A stretch of DNA of 64,000 nt from Chamaesiphon sp. (GTDB taxonomy: Bacteria > Cyanobacteriota > Cyanobacteriia > Cyanobacteriales > Chamaesiphonaceae), in assembly GCA_965246715.1 (NCBI GenBank), contig CBDFFH010000008.1, positions 1 to 64,000 of the forward strand. Direction: 5' to 3'. This document shows, in pieces, positions 63,005 to 64,000 of the stretch (the stretch's first letter is position 1; each line of letters begins with the position of its first letter). Both the position numbers and the translations under genes were made by a program. Below the pieces are notes generated by a model. That model was not told the origin of the DNA. It ran no database searches and saw nothing but the letters and a program-made list of their open reading frames with translations.

Positions 63005-63171
63005 GATTCTGCTGACGAGTGACTAGTGGCTAATTACTTGACTTAGCTAAGTAGTGGCTGGTGAATGCTAATGTTCGATCGATAAGTTGCCTACGATTAG
63101 GTTATTCTCGATCGAGATGAAGCGATCGCCAGCCACTTTTGAATTATGAATGAATAAATATTGCGGTGTCT

Positions 63172-64000
63172 ATGCTAGATATCAACAAAGTCGCGAAACA
63201 GTTGCCAGGAATCGGACAGCACTTAGTTCGGGAAAATGCGGCTAACCAGCAAAGATTGCAATTAGCGACTACCTCCCTCTACCAGGCGATCGATCGCCAG
63301 ATCGAATTAGCACAGATCCAGCAACAGTGGGGCAATCGCCTCTTTTTTAATACTTCGATACCCGTCGAACCGCTCGATACACGGATCGACATTGCCGCAC
63401 CACCAGCACAGCAAACCGTACTCGCTACCGATGGCTCCCAAATTGCCCCCAGCCACCATGAAATTGCCTATTGCTATCTCATCAATGTCGGTCGGGTAAT
63501 GATTCACTACGGGCAGAATTTACATCCGCTGCTAGATAGCATTCCTGAAGTTTTTTATCAACACGAAGATTTATATATCTCTCGCCAATGGGGGATTAGT
63601 ACCGAAGAATGGTTGGGGTACCGCCGGGCGGTTTCTGAAGCCACAGTCCTCGCAGAATTGGGCTGTAGCTGGGTCGCACCACCTTTTAGTTTCAATGATA
63701 AGGTCGAGCCGGATTCACCCCCTGTTAAGCCGCGCGTACCCACCTTAGCGATGGTCGATGGCTCGCTGGTCTATTGGTTCCTCGAACAATTACCGACCGA
63801 TGCCAGAGAGCAAATTCTCAACCCGATTTTAGCAGCGTGGGAGGAGCTGCGGGTCGCCGGCATTCCGATCGTCGGCTATCTAAGTTCTTCGCGGAGTATC
63901 GATAATCTCAACCTGCTGCGATTGCTGACTTGTCCTCATGAAGTGCCTGACTGTCCGACTCACTGCGCGGATGAGAAACGATTACCTTGCCAGCAGTTTG
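63172..64000 (+). CDS. NurA-domain nuclease (3'-truncated by window edge)
   Basis: Manual translation from ATG 63172: MLDINKVAKQL...LATDGSQIAPSHHEIAYCYLINVGRV...AMVDGSLVYW; open to the window end. Confidence 0.85.
   Translation, partial: MLDINKVAKQLPGIGQHLVRENAANQQRLQLATTSLYQAIDRQIELAQIQQQWGNRLFFNTSIPVEPLDTRIDIAAPPAQQTVLATDGSQIAPSHHEIAYCYLINVGRVMIHYGQNLHPLLDSIPEVFYQHEDLYISRQWGISTEEWLGYRRAVSEATVLAELGCSWVAPPFSFNDKVEPDSPPVKPRVPTLAMVDGSLVYWFLEQLPTDAREQILNPILAAWEELRVAGIPIVGYLSSSRSIDNLNLLRLLTCPHEVPDCPTHCADEKRLPCQQF

Noticed and set aside
44418..64000. sbcC and nurA as one repair or defence operon
   Set aside because: They are about 16 kb apart and separated by unrelated genes; any herA partner would lie outside the window

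Overview
This is a 64-kb chromosomal window from a cyanobacterium. Evidence: ycf4, ndhF1, psbV, petJ, sufR and very dense CGATCG/GCGATCGC (HIP1) sites. The repeat style suggests a Chamaesiphon-like organism (inference). Most of it is housekeeping: prx, rnc, rnpB, ppi, def, comM, sufBCDS/sufR, prlC, ndhF1, tRNA-fMet, rsfS, yqeK, sbcC, miaB, cax, accD, psbV, petJ and a partial nurA. Accessory or unusual content: (i) two near-identical, inverted 1,511-bp ISAs1 elements, each with its own 10-bp target duplication; the second splits a cryptic 172-aa membrane-protein gene; (ii) a ~3-kb AT-rich run of six co-oriented genes wedged between sufB and sufC, with REP-like palindromes at several junctions; (iii) a three-gene cluster of a Zn-finger/TM/phosphonate-binding-like protein, a membrane-anchored PP2C and a non-RD Ser/Thr kinase-RDD fusion, with no ABC transporter; (iv) a signal peptidase I homologue lacking both catalytic residues; (v) a multi-stem, switch-like RNA candidate upstream of an amino-acid symporter; (vi) heptamer repeats inside helix P12 of RNase P RNA, which directly abuts rnc. 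No CRISPR array, prophage or rRNA was seen. All calls come from reading the sequence and from recalled family motifs; no database searches were run.
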